This document shows positions 47,526-55,239 of a stretch of DNA of 64,000 nucleotides, in pieces. Position 1 is the first letter of the stretch. Each line of letters begins with the position of its first letter. Source of the DNA: Candidatus Lloydbacteria bacterium RIFCSPHIGHO2_02_FULL_50_18 (GTDB lineage: Bacteria > Patescibacteriota > Minisyncoccia > Phycocordibacterales > UBA6899); the NCBI GenBank assembly GCA_001821395.1, contig MHLM01000001.1, forward strand, positions 32,001 through 96,000, in the 5' to 3' direction. Under the pieces are notes generated by a model that saw only the letters and a list, made by a program, of their open reading frames with translations, ran no database searches and was not told where the DNA came from. The translations under genes were made by a program, and so were the position numbers.

Positions 47526-48810
47526 TTACTTACGAGGATCGCTACTTTTCTCCGTCGCGCTATCGCTCATTATCGTCGCCTCGACGATAACCTTCTCCAC
47601 CGCACTCGCTCAAACGACGCACCTCGACGAACTCAAACAAAATATCTCAACGCGCGAGGATACCATCAAGCAGCTCGAGCAAGAAATCGCTGACTTTAAA
47701 CAGCGATTATCCAATGTTGATAGTCAGAAAAAAACGCTTCAAGGAGCATTGCAGACGCTCGATCTTTCACGTGCAAAACTGAGCAAAGATATCAGACTGA
47801 CGCAGATGAAGATCGAGAGAACAAATGATCTTATCTCCGAACTGAACGGAAGCATCTCTCAGAAGCAACTCAAGATCGAAAAAAATAAGACGGCGATATC
47901 GGATATTATTATAAAGATCGACAGAATTGATGCGAATACGCTCGTTGAGGCGCTCTTGTCGAACGATACTATCTCTTCTTTTCTTGAAGATGTCGACAAT
48001 ATGGAGAAACTCCAAGCCTCTATTCGGGATAACATCAAGAGTTTGGAACGCCTAAAATCAGAACTTGGCGGAACAAAGACATCCTACCAGTCGGAACGAA
48101 AGAAATTAACCGGACTCAGCGCGCAACTTTCAGACCAGAAGGAGATATCAGACAGTGAACGCAAGCAACAGTCTGCGCTTCTTCTTGTGACGAAGAATCA
48201 GGAATCAAACTACAAAAAACTTCTGGCAGACCGTGAAGCCCGAAAAAAGCAATTTGAACAGGAGATCAACGACTTTGAAGCGCAGCTACGCGCAGAGATC
48301 GATCCAAATAGTTTTCCCACACCCGGCACAAAGGTCTTCGCATATCCGCTCGATGAACATTTCATCACACAAAAATTCGGGAAAACAGTCGACGCGCAAC
48401 GACTATATGTATCCGGAACGCACAATGGAACCGACTTTCGTGCAACGCCGGGTACGATCATTAAGTCAGTCGCAAACGGAACGGTGACGGCGACCGGGGA
48501 TACGGATAAAACGTGCCCAAATGCATCATACGGCCGCTGGGTGCTCATAAAGCACCGAAATGGCCTTTCGACCCTTTATGGGCATTTAGAGCTCATTAAG
48601 GTTCGTGCAGGACAGGAATTGGAGCAAGGAGATACGATCGGCTACAGTGGAAATACGGGGTATTCTACCGGGCCACACCTACACCTCACTGTCTATGTCT
48701 CAAGCGCTGTCCAGGTCACCCAACTTCCGAGCAAATCATGCAGGGGCGCGATCTTTACTATCCCGGTTGCCCCTCAAAATGCATATCTTGACCCACTGGC
48801 ATATCTTTAA
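47509..48810 (+). CDS. M23-family peptidase (EnvC-like murein endopeptidase with an N-terminal coiled coil)
   Basis: Signal anchor, a long coiled coil, and a C-terminal M23 domain (HNGTDF…GHLELIKVRAGQ…GNTGYSTGPHLHL). It overlaps the end of gltX. Confidence 0.8.
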   Translation: MISMSSYLRGSLLFSVALSLIIVASTITFSTALAQTTHLDELKQNISTREDTIKQLEQEIADFKQRLSNVDSQKKTLQGALQTLDLSRAKLSKDIRLTQMKIERTNDLISELNGSISQKQLKIEKNKTAISDIIIKIDRIDANTLVEALLSNDTISSFLEDVDNMEKLQASIRDNIKSLERLKSELGGTKTSYQSERKKLTGLSAQLSDQKEISDSERKQQSALLLVTKNQESNYKKLLADREARKKQFEQEINDFEAQLRAEIDPNSFPTPGTKVFAYPLDEHFITQKFGKTVDAQRLYVSGTHNGTDFRATPGTIIKSVANGTVTATGDTDKTCPNASYGRWVLIKHRNGLSTLYGHLELIKVRAGQELEQGDTIGYSGNTGYSTGPHLHLTVYVSSAVQVTQLPSKSCRGAIFTIPVAPQNAYLDPLAYL

Positions 48811-48838
48811 TCATTTCGAGCGAATATAATATAAGCAT

Positions 48839-48997
48839 ATGATAAAGCTCTTAATCACATTCGTCATTTTTGCAGGAGTGATCTATTACTTTAATTTAGA
48901 CCTTATCGCACTCGTTAACCGTAGCGGAATACCGGTTTGGCTCGTAGAGCATGGCTATAGCATTCATAAAGAGGTGGCGACGAGCACATTGCCGTAA
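48839..48997 (+). CDS. Possible 52-aa small membrane protein
   Basis: Translation gives MIKLLITFVIFAGVIYYFNLDLIALVNRSGIPVWLVEHGYSIHKEVATSTLP. A TATAAT box lies 9 nt upstream. There is no homology support. Confidence 0.3.
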   Translation: MIKLLITFVIFAGVIYYFNLDLIALVNRSGIPVWLVEHGYSIHKEVATSTLP

Positions 48998-49353
48998 TTT
49001 CGCCTCTAAAGGTAATTTTGAGCTCGATAAATAAGCCTTAAATATTGTGCGACACGAAGAGTTGAAAAAATACCTGTGAATATTCTCGGTATAGATATCT
49101 TTGAATGGACCCGTGACTATGCGGCGGGTGATGACACCGTCTCCGGTTCAAGATAACAGTTGTATAATGGTGGGATTGTTTCTTTCAAGAGAATTTGAAG
49201 GATGAATATGAAGGCACGGGATATCAAAGGTAATCGAGACGAAACCTGTGGCCGTACCGAGCCGTTCTCAATACAGCATTACGTCGCAAAAGATATATTG
49301 TGCGACGTGATGGCGTAAACAGGAAGAACCCAAGAGACGCCCACTTTCCACTC

Positions 49354-49397
49354 ACCTTCTTTATGTGGGTCTCTGACCTTCTTTATGTGGGTCTCTG
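49354..49397. repeat. Perfect 22-bp tandem duplication (accttctttatgtgggtctctg ×2) spanning the NUDIX stop codon
   Basis: Read directly. Copy 2 (49376-49397) encodes the last six codons plus the stop. Copy 1 (49354-49375) lies just downstream of the gene. Confidence 0.9.
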
Positions 49398-49880
49398 TTT
49401 GTTCCGCAAATAAAGTGTCTCTACTTCAACAATTTTCTGTTCGAGCACAATGTCGTCTTTTCCGAAGAGAAATGCTGCTTTGAATTTTTTACGACCCAGT
49501 AAAAGCGGGAACCAGTAGATATCGTCCGGCCACATATCAGCAAAAGGGATCGCATCGACGTGAAACCATTCCGGTAGCATCTCCTCGCTTTCTTCAGGCT
49601 CGCCAACAAAATTATCAGTACGATACACATGCACCTCAAGGAGAACGGGGTCTCCCTCAAATGCAAAATCGATGATCCCAACTTTCTCAAGATCTTTAAC
49701 GAGGATTCCCGCCTCTTCACGCATTTCTCGTATGGCACCTTCCTCGATAGTTTCTCCGGGTTCAACCTTTCCGCCAAACCCATTCCATCTCCCCTTTCCG
49801 AATCCCCGCTTTTTCATTCCTAGCAACACACGCGGATGCTGATGGAGAATGCATAGCGTTAATACTTTTTTTTGATCCAT
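49383..49880 (-). CDS. NUDIX hydrolase
   Basis: Nudix box GKVEPGETIEEGAIREMREEAGI. Confidence 0.8.
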   Translation of the reverse strand: MDQKKVLTLCILHQHPRVLLGMKKRGFGKGRWNGFGGKVEPGETIEEGAIREMREEAGILVKDLEKVGIIDFAFEGDPVLLEVHVYRTDNFVGEPEESEEMLPEWFHVDAIPFADMWPDDIYWFPLLLGRKKFKAAFLFGKDDIVLEQKIVEVETLYLRNKQRPT

Positions 49881-49882
49881 TG

Positions 49883-49953
49883 TCGGGCTAGGCAGAATCG
49901 AACTGCCGCCACATGCACCCCATGCATGTAGACTACCACTATCCGATAGCCCG
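49883..49953 (-). tRNA. tRNA-Pro (anticodon GGG)
   Basis: I folded it by hand on the minus strand. Acceptor cgggcta/tagcccg pairs 7 of 7. The D-arm ggat-agtggta-gtct has G·U at both ends. Anticodon arm catgc-atGGGgt-gcatg. A 4-nt variable loop. T-arm ggcag-TTCGATT-ctgcc. Discriminator A. CCA is not encoded. Its 3' end is 2 nt from the NUDIX ATG. Confidence 0.65.
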
Positions 49954-50397
49954 ATTATTTACTTGTTATTGTACACTGAAATCTCAAACTGGTGCATGCA
50001 CACTATCCCGATATTGCATGTAGACGAGCACTGATACAATAGCCCGAAACTTATTACGTTATTTTACACTCATCACGAACCTCGTGCATGCACACTATCC
50101 CGATATTGCATGTAGACGAGCACTGATACAATAGCCCGATGTTTACTCTTCTACTTCAATTCTCCACTTGATGCACCCCATGCATGTAAGCATCCTCGCG
50201 CAAAGCCGCGAGACCATGGGATGCTTTCTCGATACAGAACGAGCCACCGGCTCGCGCTCTGCACAACTCGCTTTCTCCGCAAAGCCTCCGAAATCGATCT
50301 CGAGTAGACGAGCACTGATACGATAGCCCGAACTTACTTTGTTATTTTACACTCATCGCGAACCTCGTTGCGTGCACACTCTATCCCAAAATGCACT
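49954..50397. repeat. Tandem array of roughly 93-bp units (three or more, diverged), each holding a partial copy of the tRNA-Pro 5' half plus a roughly 60-bp tail
   Basis: The 57-bp core gtgcatgcacactatcccgatattgcatgtagacgagcactgatacaatagcccga occurs exactly at about 49993 and 50084. Degenerate copies sit at 50302-50397 and within the tRNA itself. The inter-core segments are homologous to one another. Confidence 0.8.
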
Positions 50398-50493
50398 AAA
50401 AATCAAAACTCATTCGGCAAACCGAATGAGTTTTGAGTATATCAGAATTGAAGAAATTTGCGACGGACACGAACGAATGTCGATCTCCACACA

Positions 50494-50823
50494 TCAGGCA
50501 TTCTTTTTTGTAAACGATGCTCCCCAATTGTGCATCACCTTGAGTATGGGCTCGAGTGATCGTCCGAGCGCAGTAAGCTTATATTCAACTCGAGGTGGAA
50601 TTTCCGGATATACCTTTCGGTCAACTATCCCATTTTTCTCGAGGTTTCCCAGTCTCATGGAAAGAGTTCTGGGAGAAATACCAATAAGTGACCGTTCAAG
50701 CTCACTAAAGCGCCGAACACTGCCAACAAGTTCACGTAAAACAAGAACCGTCCATTTACTTCCAATGACCTGAAGCGTTGCTTCTACCGGGGAATGCACT
50801 ACTTTTTTTGAGTATTTTTTCAA
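50494..50823 (-). CDS. HxlR-family transcriptional regulator
   Basis: Winged HTH (SPVEATLQVIGSKWTVLVLRELVGSVRRFSELERSL…RKVYPEIPPRVEYKLT). It probably starts at TTG or GTG. Confidence 0.8.
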   Translation of the reverse strand: MKKYSKKVVHSPVEATLQVIGSKWTVLVLRELVGSVRRFSELERSLIGISPRTLSMRLGNLEKNGIVDRKVYPEIPPRVEYKLTALGRSLEPILKVMHNWGASFTKKNA

Positions 50824-50970
50824 GTTGAATTTCGAGAACTTCTCTTATGAAATTTTATAATATGGGAAGCATATGACTTAACGCTTTCGGTGTCAAGAAA
50901 ACCCATCTTTTTTGAGTTTCGATGTAATCCTTATTACGCAAATGTAAAAAGCAGTATGAAGGAGAAGGAG

Positions 50971-51189
50971 TCACTCTACTCCATGGTTCGACTGTTCAAT
51001 CACGCTTTCGGTGTCTGCCCCAGTAAAGACCTGTATTTTCCCGCATTTTCTACATTTTACCTCTACACGACTCGCTGCATCAGTAAGTATCCCCTTTCCA
51101 AGAAGCTTATTACAGACAGTACATTTCAAATCATTAAGACATTTATCATCCATGGAACCAAATTTATTGTTTTGAACAAAAAAACTCAC
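50971..51189 (-). CDS. Mu Com-like zinc-ribbon protein
   Basis: LKCTVCNKLLGKG…VEVKCRKCGKI matches the Com-family pattern C-x2-C-N-K-L-L…[IV]-K-C-x-[RK]-C. GTG start. Confidence 0.55.
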   Translation of the reverse strand: MSFFVQNNKFGSMDDKCLNDLKCTVCNKLLGKGILTDAASRVEVKCRKCGKIQVFTGADTESVIEQSNHGVE

Positions 51190-51235
51190 TCGCGTGAGCC
51201 TCTTGGGCTTCCTTGATATTTACCCGCCAATGGTT

Positions 51236-51463
51236 TTAGCAAATAGTTATCCACGATGTGCTTCGGCCGCACCCTTTGTTGACGCTTTGGTCTTCATAAG
51301 ACTCTCGATCTGAGAACTTATTTCTGAGTTCAGATAAATCGAGCTTTGTGCGGTACATACAATCTTCGATAAATCTTACCACTAATGATACGACCTTAGG
51401 GGCATACCTGTCAATCAATTCAATAGATGCACCCCTCAAACTTCCCACCTCGCGCCCAATCAT
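51236..51463 (-). CDS. Possible small protein (75 aa), unknown function
   Basis: The ORF has an ATG start and fills the gap between the Com-like gene and the membrane-protein gene. There is no homology evidence. Confidence 0.25.
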   Translation of the reverse strand: MIGREVGSLRGASIELIDRYAPKVVSLVVRFIEDCMYRTKLDLSELRNKFSDRESYEDQSVNKGCGRSTSWITIC

Positions 51464-51477
51464 TCGATAAAGCGGGG

Positions 51478-51927
51478 TCAGATCCCCTTGCAGCCGATCG
51501 AAGGTTTATAGCCCCTCGCCAGTGCATCGTCTTTTGATGAGAACCAGATCTTATTTTCTTCCTTGATCCGTTTAACCCCGGCGCACCAAGGGAGATAGTA
51601 GGTCTTTCCAGACCTTGAACCGACGTACATTCCGAAGCTATTTGACTCACCACCTCCCAGAGACAACGCACTATTCTGGGATAGCGAAAGAGGTTCCCTC
51701 GTAGATGAATTATCTACAGTGTCAAAATTTGCAATCGCCGCAGCTTTTCCTGTGGTATCAATGATCCGCAGGCCCTCTGCCTTCGTTGCGCCAATCATGG
51801 AAGAGCGGCCGATGGAAAAAGACCCGATCGCGACCAATATAAGCAGCAAGAACACAAAGGTGTCCTTTGTGAGATCGGGATAATGCTTGATTTTTTGAAT
51901 GGTTTCTGTTAGTCTCATGACACACAA
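51478..51927 (-). CDS. Membrane-anchored protein with a small C-terminal Ada-like/'YxxPxC…GYxP' domain
   Basis: N-terminal TM. The C-terminus (GKTYYLPWCAGVKRIKEENKIWFSSKDDALARGYKPSIGCKG) resembles the Ada metal-binding fold but has only 2 Cys. Confidence 0.5.
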   Translation of the reverse strand: MCVMRLTETIQKIKHYPDLTKDTFVFLLLILVAIGSFSIGRSSMIGATKAEGLRIIDTTGKAAAIANFDTVDNSSTREPLSLSQNSALSLGGGESNSFGMYVGSRSGKTYYLPWCAGVKRIKEENKIWFSSKDDALARGYKPSIGCKGI

Positions 51928-51957
51928 TTAATCAGATATTAGGCAGAAGACCTCACT

Positions 51958-52230
51958 ATGTCAACCAAAAAATCAGGCGGTTCAAGTAAAAATCTCCGCG
52001 ACTCAAACCCGAAGTACCTCGGCATGAAGCTTCACGATGGGCAGGTCGCTGCGGTGGGAAATATTCTCGTTCGTCAGCGCGGTACGCGCGTGGTTCCGGG
52101 AAAGAATGTGAAGGTTGGCAAAGATCACACACTCTACTCAATGGTAGGAGGAAAGGTAACCTACAAAACGGTTCGAAAGACTCGCTTTGACGGCAAGATA
52201 TTGTCAAAGAAGATGGTTTCCGTTAATTAG
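51958..52230 (+). CDS. rpmA: 50S ribosomal protein L27
   Basis: …[43 protein letters not shown]…. Confidence 0.95.
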   Translation: MSTKKSGGSSKNLRDSNPKYLGMKLHDGQVAAVGNILVRQRGTRVVPGKNVKVGKDHTLYSMVGGKVTYKTVRKTRFDGKILSKKMVSVN

Positions 52231-52243
52231 CAAACAGCAGAAC

Positions 52244-52271
52244 AAAAAACCTCGCAAATGCGAGGTTTTTT
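52244..52271. terminator. Bidirectional rho-independent terminator between rpmA (+) and rplI (-)
   Basis: aaaaaa-cctcgc-aaat-gcgagg-tttttt. Confidence 0.85.
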
Positions 52272-52299
52272 GTTGCACGATGTTCTTTTTTATTCTGCC

Positions 52300-52758
52300 T
52301 TATTCTGCTTCTGCTGTTAGCGCTTCGATCTTAAGAGCAAATTCAGCCTTCTTAGCCCCAACGATAACGACGATTGTATGCTCTCCGACATCCTTGATCG
52401 GCTTCTCAAGCTCAATATTATCCGCTGTATATGCAACGTTCACGAGCTTACCGAGCTCAAATGCAAGCTCTTCTTTGGTAACCCCGGCATAAAGGTGTCC
52501 TTCCTCATTCGCATTGCGAGCAAGTGTCATCACGACGCCCTTCAATGATGCAAGCGACTTATCAAGATGGTCATCCTGCTTCTTCTTCTCAACTTCACGC
52601 TTCTTGGTGAGCTCGGCAACGCGCTTACCGTTCGTACGAGTCACCGCCTCTGCGAGTCCACGCGCCAAAAGAAAGTTGCGTGCGTATCCCGGCGCAACTT
52701 CAACGATCGCGTACTTTTTACCGACCTTAGGCACATCCGACAATAAGATAACTTTCAT
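52300..52758 (-). CDS. rplI: 50S ribosomal protein L9
   Basis: MKVILLSDVPKVGKKYAIVEVAPGYARNFLL…. Confidence 0.9.
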   Translation of the reverse strand: MKVILLSDVPKVGKKYAIVEVAPGYARNFLLARGLAEAVTRTNGKRVAELTKKREVEKKKQDDHLDKSLASLKGVVMTLARNANEEGHLYAGVTKEELAFELGKLVNVAYTADNIELEKPIKDVGEHTIVVIVGAKKAEFALKIEALTAEAE

Positions 52759-52879
52759 ATAAATACGTATTTAGTTCGTATAAGACATCCTCGCGAACGA
52801 AGGGTTCACGACAGGTTAAAAGATGTGATGCTGATTATACGTTTCTTTCACTCAATTGCAAGCATTCACTCACGCCTGC

Positions 52880-54271
52880 TTACTTCGTGGTATTTCCTCG
52901 CACAATCTCGATCGCCTTATCTAATTGAGGGTCTTCGCCTTTTTCCGCCTGCTCTTTTGTGAACTCCACCTTCACGTCGGGATCGATCCCCCCCGCAGAG
53001 AGATTAGTCCCGTCTGGAGTGACCCAGCGAGCGATCGTTATCTTGAGTGATGTTTCGGGAGTGATGGGAATAAGCTCTTGAACCGACCCCTTTCCAAATG
53101 AGGTTGTGCCCACCAGCGTCGCAACGCCCTGCTGAGAGAGTGCACCGGCAAGAATTTCAGCGGCTGATGCGGAACCTCCGTCGATCAAGATGACAAAATG
53201 GAATTTATCTCCGAATACATTGTACCCCCTACTGCGATAGACCTGTCCCGCTCCGCCCTTTTCTTCCTCACGCACAACGACCTTTCCTTCAGGAAGGAAC
53301 CAGCTTGCCATATCAACCGCAACCTCAAGATAGCCCCCCGGATTTCCGCGGAGGTCGAGTACGAGTTTGTCCGCACCGGAATCAGCGAATTCTTTCAGTG
53401 CTTTCCTGAACAGATCGGCACCGGTAGCAGGAAAACTGTAGAGACGAATGATGAAGACATCGCCGCGCTTCTCGGTATCGATAGTAGGAACCTGAATGAC
53501 CTGTCGCACGATGCTGATCTCAATCGGGTCCTCCACGCCCGATCGCAAGAGTGTAAGCGAAACGGCTTTGCCTATTTCACCGCGAATGAGGTATAGCGCC
53601 TTGTCTATGGTCATCTCCGTTGTCGTTGCAGTGTCGATGCGATAGACCTTATCACCCTTTAATACCCCCGCGGCTTCAGCCGGTGAACCTTTCAGCGGCG
53701 CGATCACGGTGACAAGACCGTCTTTCATACCTATTTGCATACCCACTCCGCCAAAGGAACCCGAGACGTCCTGCTCAAAGAGTGTTTTTTCTTGCGGAGG
53801 TAAAAAGTATGTATACGGGTCACCGAGTGAATTTGCCAAGCCGGCGATTGCTCCCCATACTTTATCCTGATTTGATACCGCCGCATGCTTTGTTGGAACA
53901 TATTTCTCGTTGATCACATTCCACACTTTCCAAAATTGCGAGAAATCCGCGGGGAGATCACTTTTGGTCGATATTTCAGTCCGATCAATGAGACATGGGA
54001 CCTCGGCACCCTTTGCATCAATGCACATTTTGACCTCCGCCAATGCAGGAGAATTTGATGCATCAGCCGGCAAGGGTTCCGCCACATTGATGACCCCTGC
54101 GACGAGCCCGTCAAATGATGATGCCGTCTTGTGAGTCCCAAGCATATACCCCCCCGCAAAAAGTAATGTTCCCAGAATTACCGAAATTCCAATGCGCGCA
54201 TAACGATGAGTAGGTTGTAACATGGCTGTCATTATCCCAGAGACGACGCTCGTGGTCAAACACGTCCTCAC
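52880..54271 (-). CDS. Carboxyl-terminal processing protease (S41, CtpA/Prc-like)
   Basis: PDZ domain (GGVGMQIGMKDGLVTVIAPLKGSPAEAAGVLKGDKV) and S41 core (VILIDGGSASAAEILAG). Confidence 0.85.
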   Translation of the reverse strand: MRTCLTTSVVSGIMTAMLQPTHRYARIGISVILGTLLFAGGYMLGTHKTASSFDGLVAGVINVAEPLPADASNSPALAEVKMCIDAKGAEVPCLIDRTEISTKSDLPADFSQFWKVWNVINEKYVPTKHAAVSNQDKVWGAIAGLANSLGDPYTYFLPPQEKTLFEQDVSGSFGGVGMQIGMKDGLVTVIAPLKGSPAEAAGVLKGDKVYRIDTATTTEMTIDKALYLIRGEIGKAVSLTLLRSGVEDPIEISIVRQVIQVPTIDTEKRGDVFIIRLYSFPATGADLFRKALKEFADSGADKLVLDLRGNPGGYLEVAVDMASWFLPEGKVVVREEEKGGAGQVYRSRGYNVFGDKFHFVILIDGGSASAAEILAGALSQQGVATLVGTTSFGKGSVQELIPITPETSLKITIARWVTPDGTNLSAGGIDPDVKVEFTKEQAEKGEDPQLDKAIEIVRGNTTK

Positions 54272-54316
54272 CTATTGAACATCACACACTTGGTCAAAAA
54301 AAGTGTGTCACGTATA

Positions 54317-55237
54317 ATGAAACGCATGATATCGAGATACAAATACCACACGCTCACATGGATCGACATGGAGTCGCCGACCAATGAAGAAGTTCGCGAG
54401 ATAATGGAAGAGTTTGATATTCACCCCATTGCCGCCGACGAACTGCTCGGGCCTTCACTTCGACCCAAAGTCGATCACTATGCGAATTTTATTTACCTCA
54501 TCCTCCACTTCCCTGCGATCCGCCACTCTCATCAGACAAAGTCTCAGGAAGTCGACTTCATCATTGGGAAGAAGTTCCTCATCACCGTACGGTATGAGCT
54601 GCTCGACCCACTGCATAAATTCTCCAAAGTATTTGAAGTAAATTCAATTCTCGACAAAAGCGACATCGGAGACCATGCCGGATACTTATTCTTTTATATG
54701 ATCCGCAAGATCTATGCGTCGCTCGGTCACGAACTTTCAATCATTGGTGACACACTGAAGTCGGTTGAGGATAGGATCTTTCATGGGGAAGAACGGGAAA
54801 TGGTCGCCGAGCTTTCGGTCATCCATCGCGATCTTCTTGAATTTCATCGCGCACTGCGTATGCATCGCGGGGTACTCCAGTCCCTTTCCGTCGCTTCTGA
54901 AGAATTCTTTGGCAAAGAGTTCGTTCATTACACCGAGAACATCATTGGTGAATTTTTGAAAGTGGAAGAAATGTTGCAAGACCAGAAAGAAGTGCTCAAT
55001 GACCTCAGGGCGACCAACGATTCTCTGCTCACAACAAAAACCAACGAGATCATGAAATTGCTTACTGCGACGACATTCTTGATGCTCCCTGCAAACTTGA
55101 TCGGAGCGCTCTTTGGAATGAACACCCACGATACCCCGATCATAGGGCGGGATTACGATTTCTGGATCGTCGCAGGAATCATGTTTGCCGTTGCTTTCAC
55201 AACGTTCATTTTCTTCAAATTTAAAAAGTGGATCTGA
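54317..55237 (+). CDS. corA: Magnesium/cobalt transporter CorA
   Basis: C-terminal two TM helices with the GMN motif (LFGMNTHDTPII). TATAAT at 54313-54318 overlaps the first ATG, so a leaderless start at ATG 54326 is possible. Confidence 0.85.
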   Translation: MKRMISRYKYHTLTWIDMESPTNEEVREIMEEFDIHPIAADELLGPSLRPKVDHYANFIYLILHFPAIRHSHQTKSQEVDFIIGKKFLITVRYELLDPLHKFSKVFEVNSILDKSDIGDHAGYLFFYMIRKIYASLGHELSIIGDTLKSVEDRIFHGEEREMVAELSVIHRDLLEFHRALRMHRGVLQSLSVASEEFFGKEFVHYTENIIGEFLKVEEMLQDQKEVLNDLRATNDSLLTTKTNEIMKLLTATTFLMLPANLIGALFGMNTHDTPIIGRDYDFWIVAGIMFAVAFTTFIFFKFKKWI

Positions 55238-55239
55238 TC

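Noticed and set aside
49954-50397. Repeat-spacer-like periodicity that could be mistaken for a CRISPR array
   Set aside because: The repeat cores are about 57 bp, the 'spacers' are homologous to each other, and the cores derive from the adjacent tRNA. No cas genes are present. This is a tandem duplication array, not CRISPR.
50339-50773. 144-aa plus-strand ORF spanning the end of the repeat array and the hxlR gene
   Set aside because: It is antisense to a well-supported HxlR gene and begins inside the tRNA-derived repeats. It is probably spurious.
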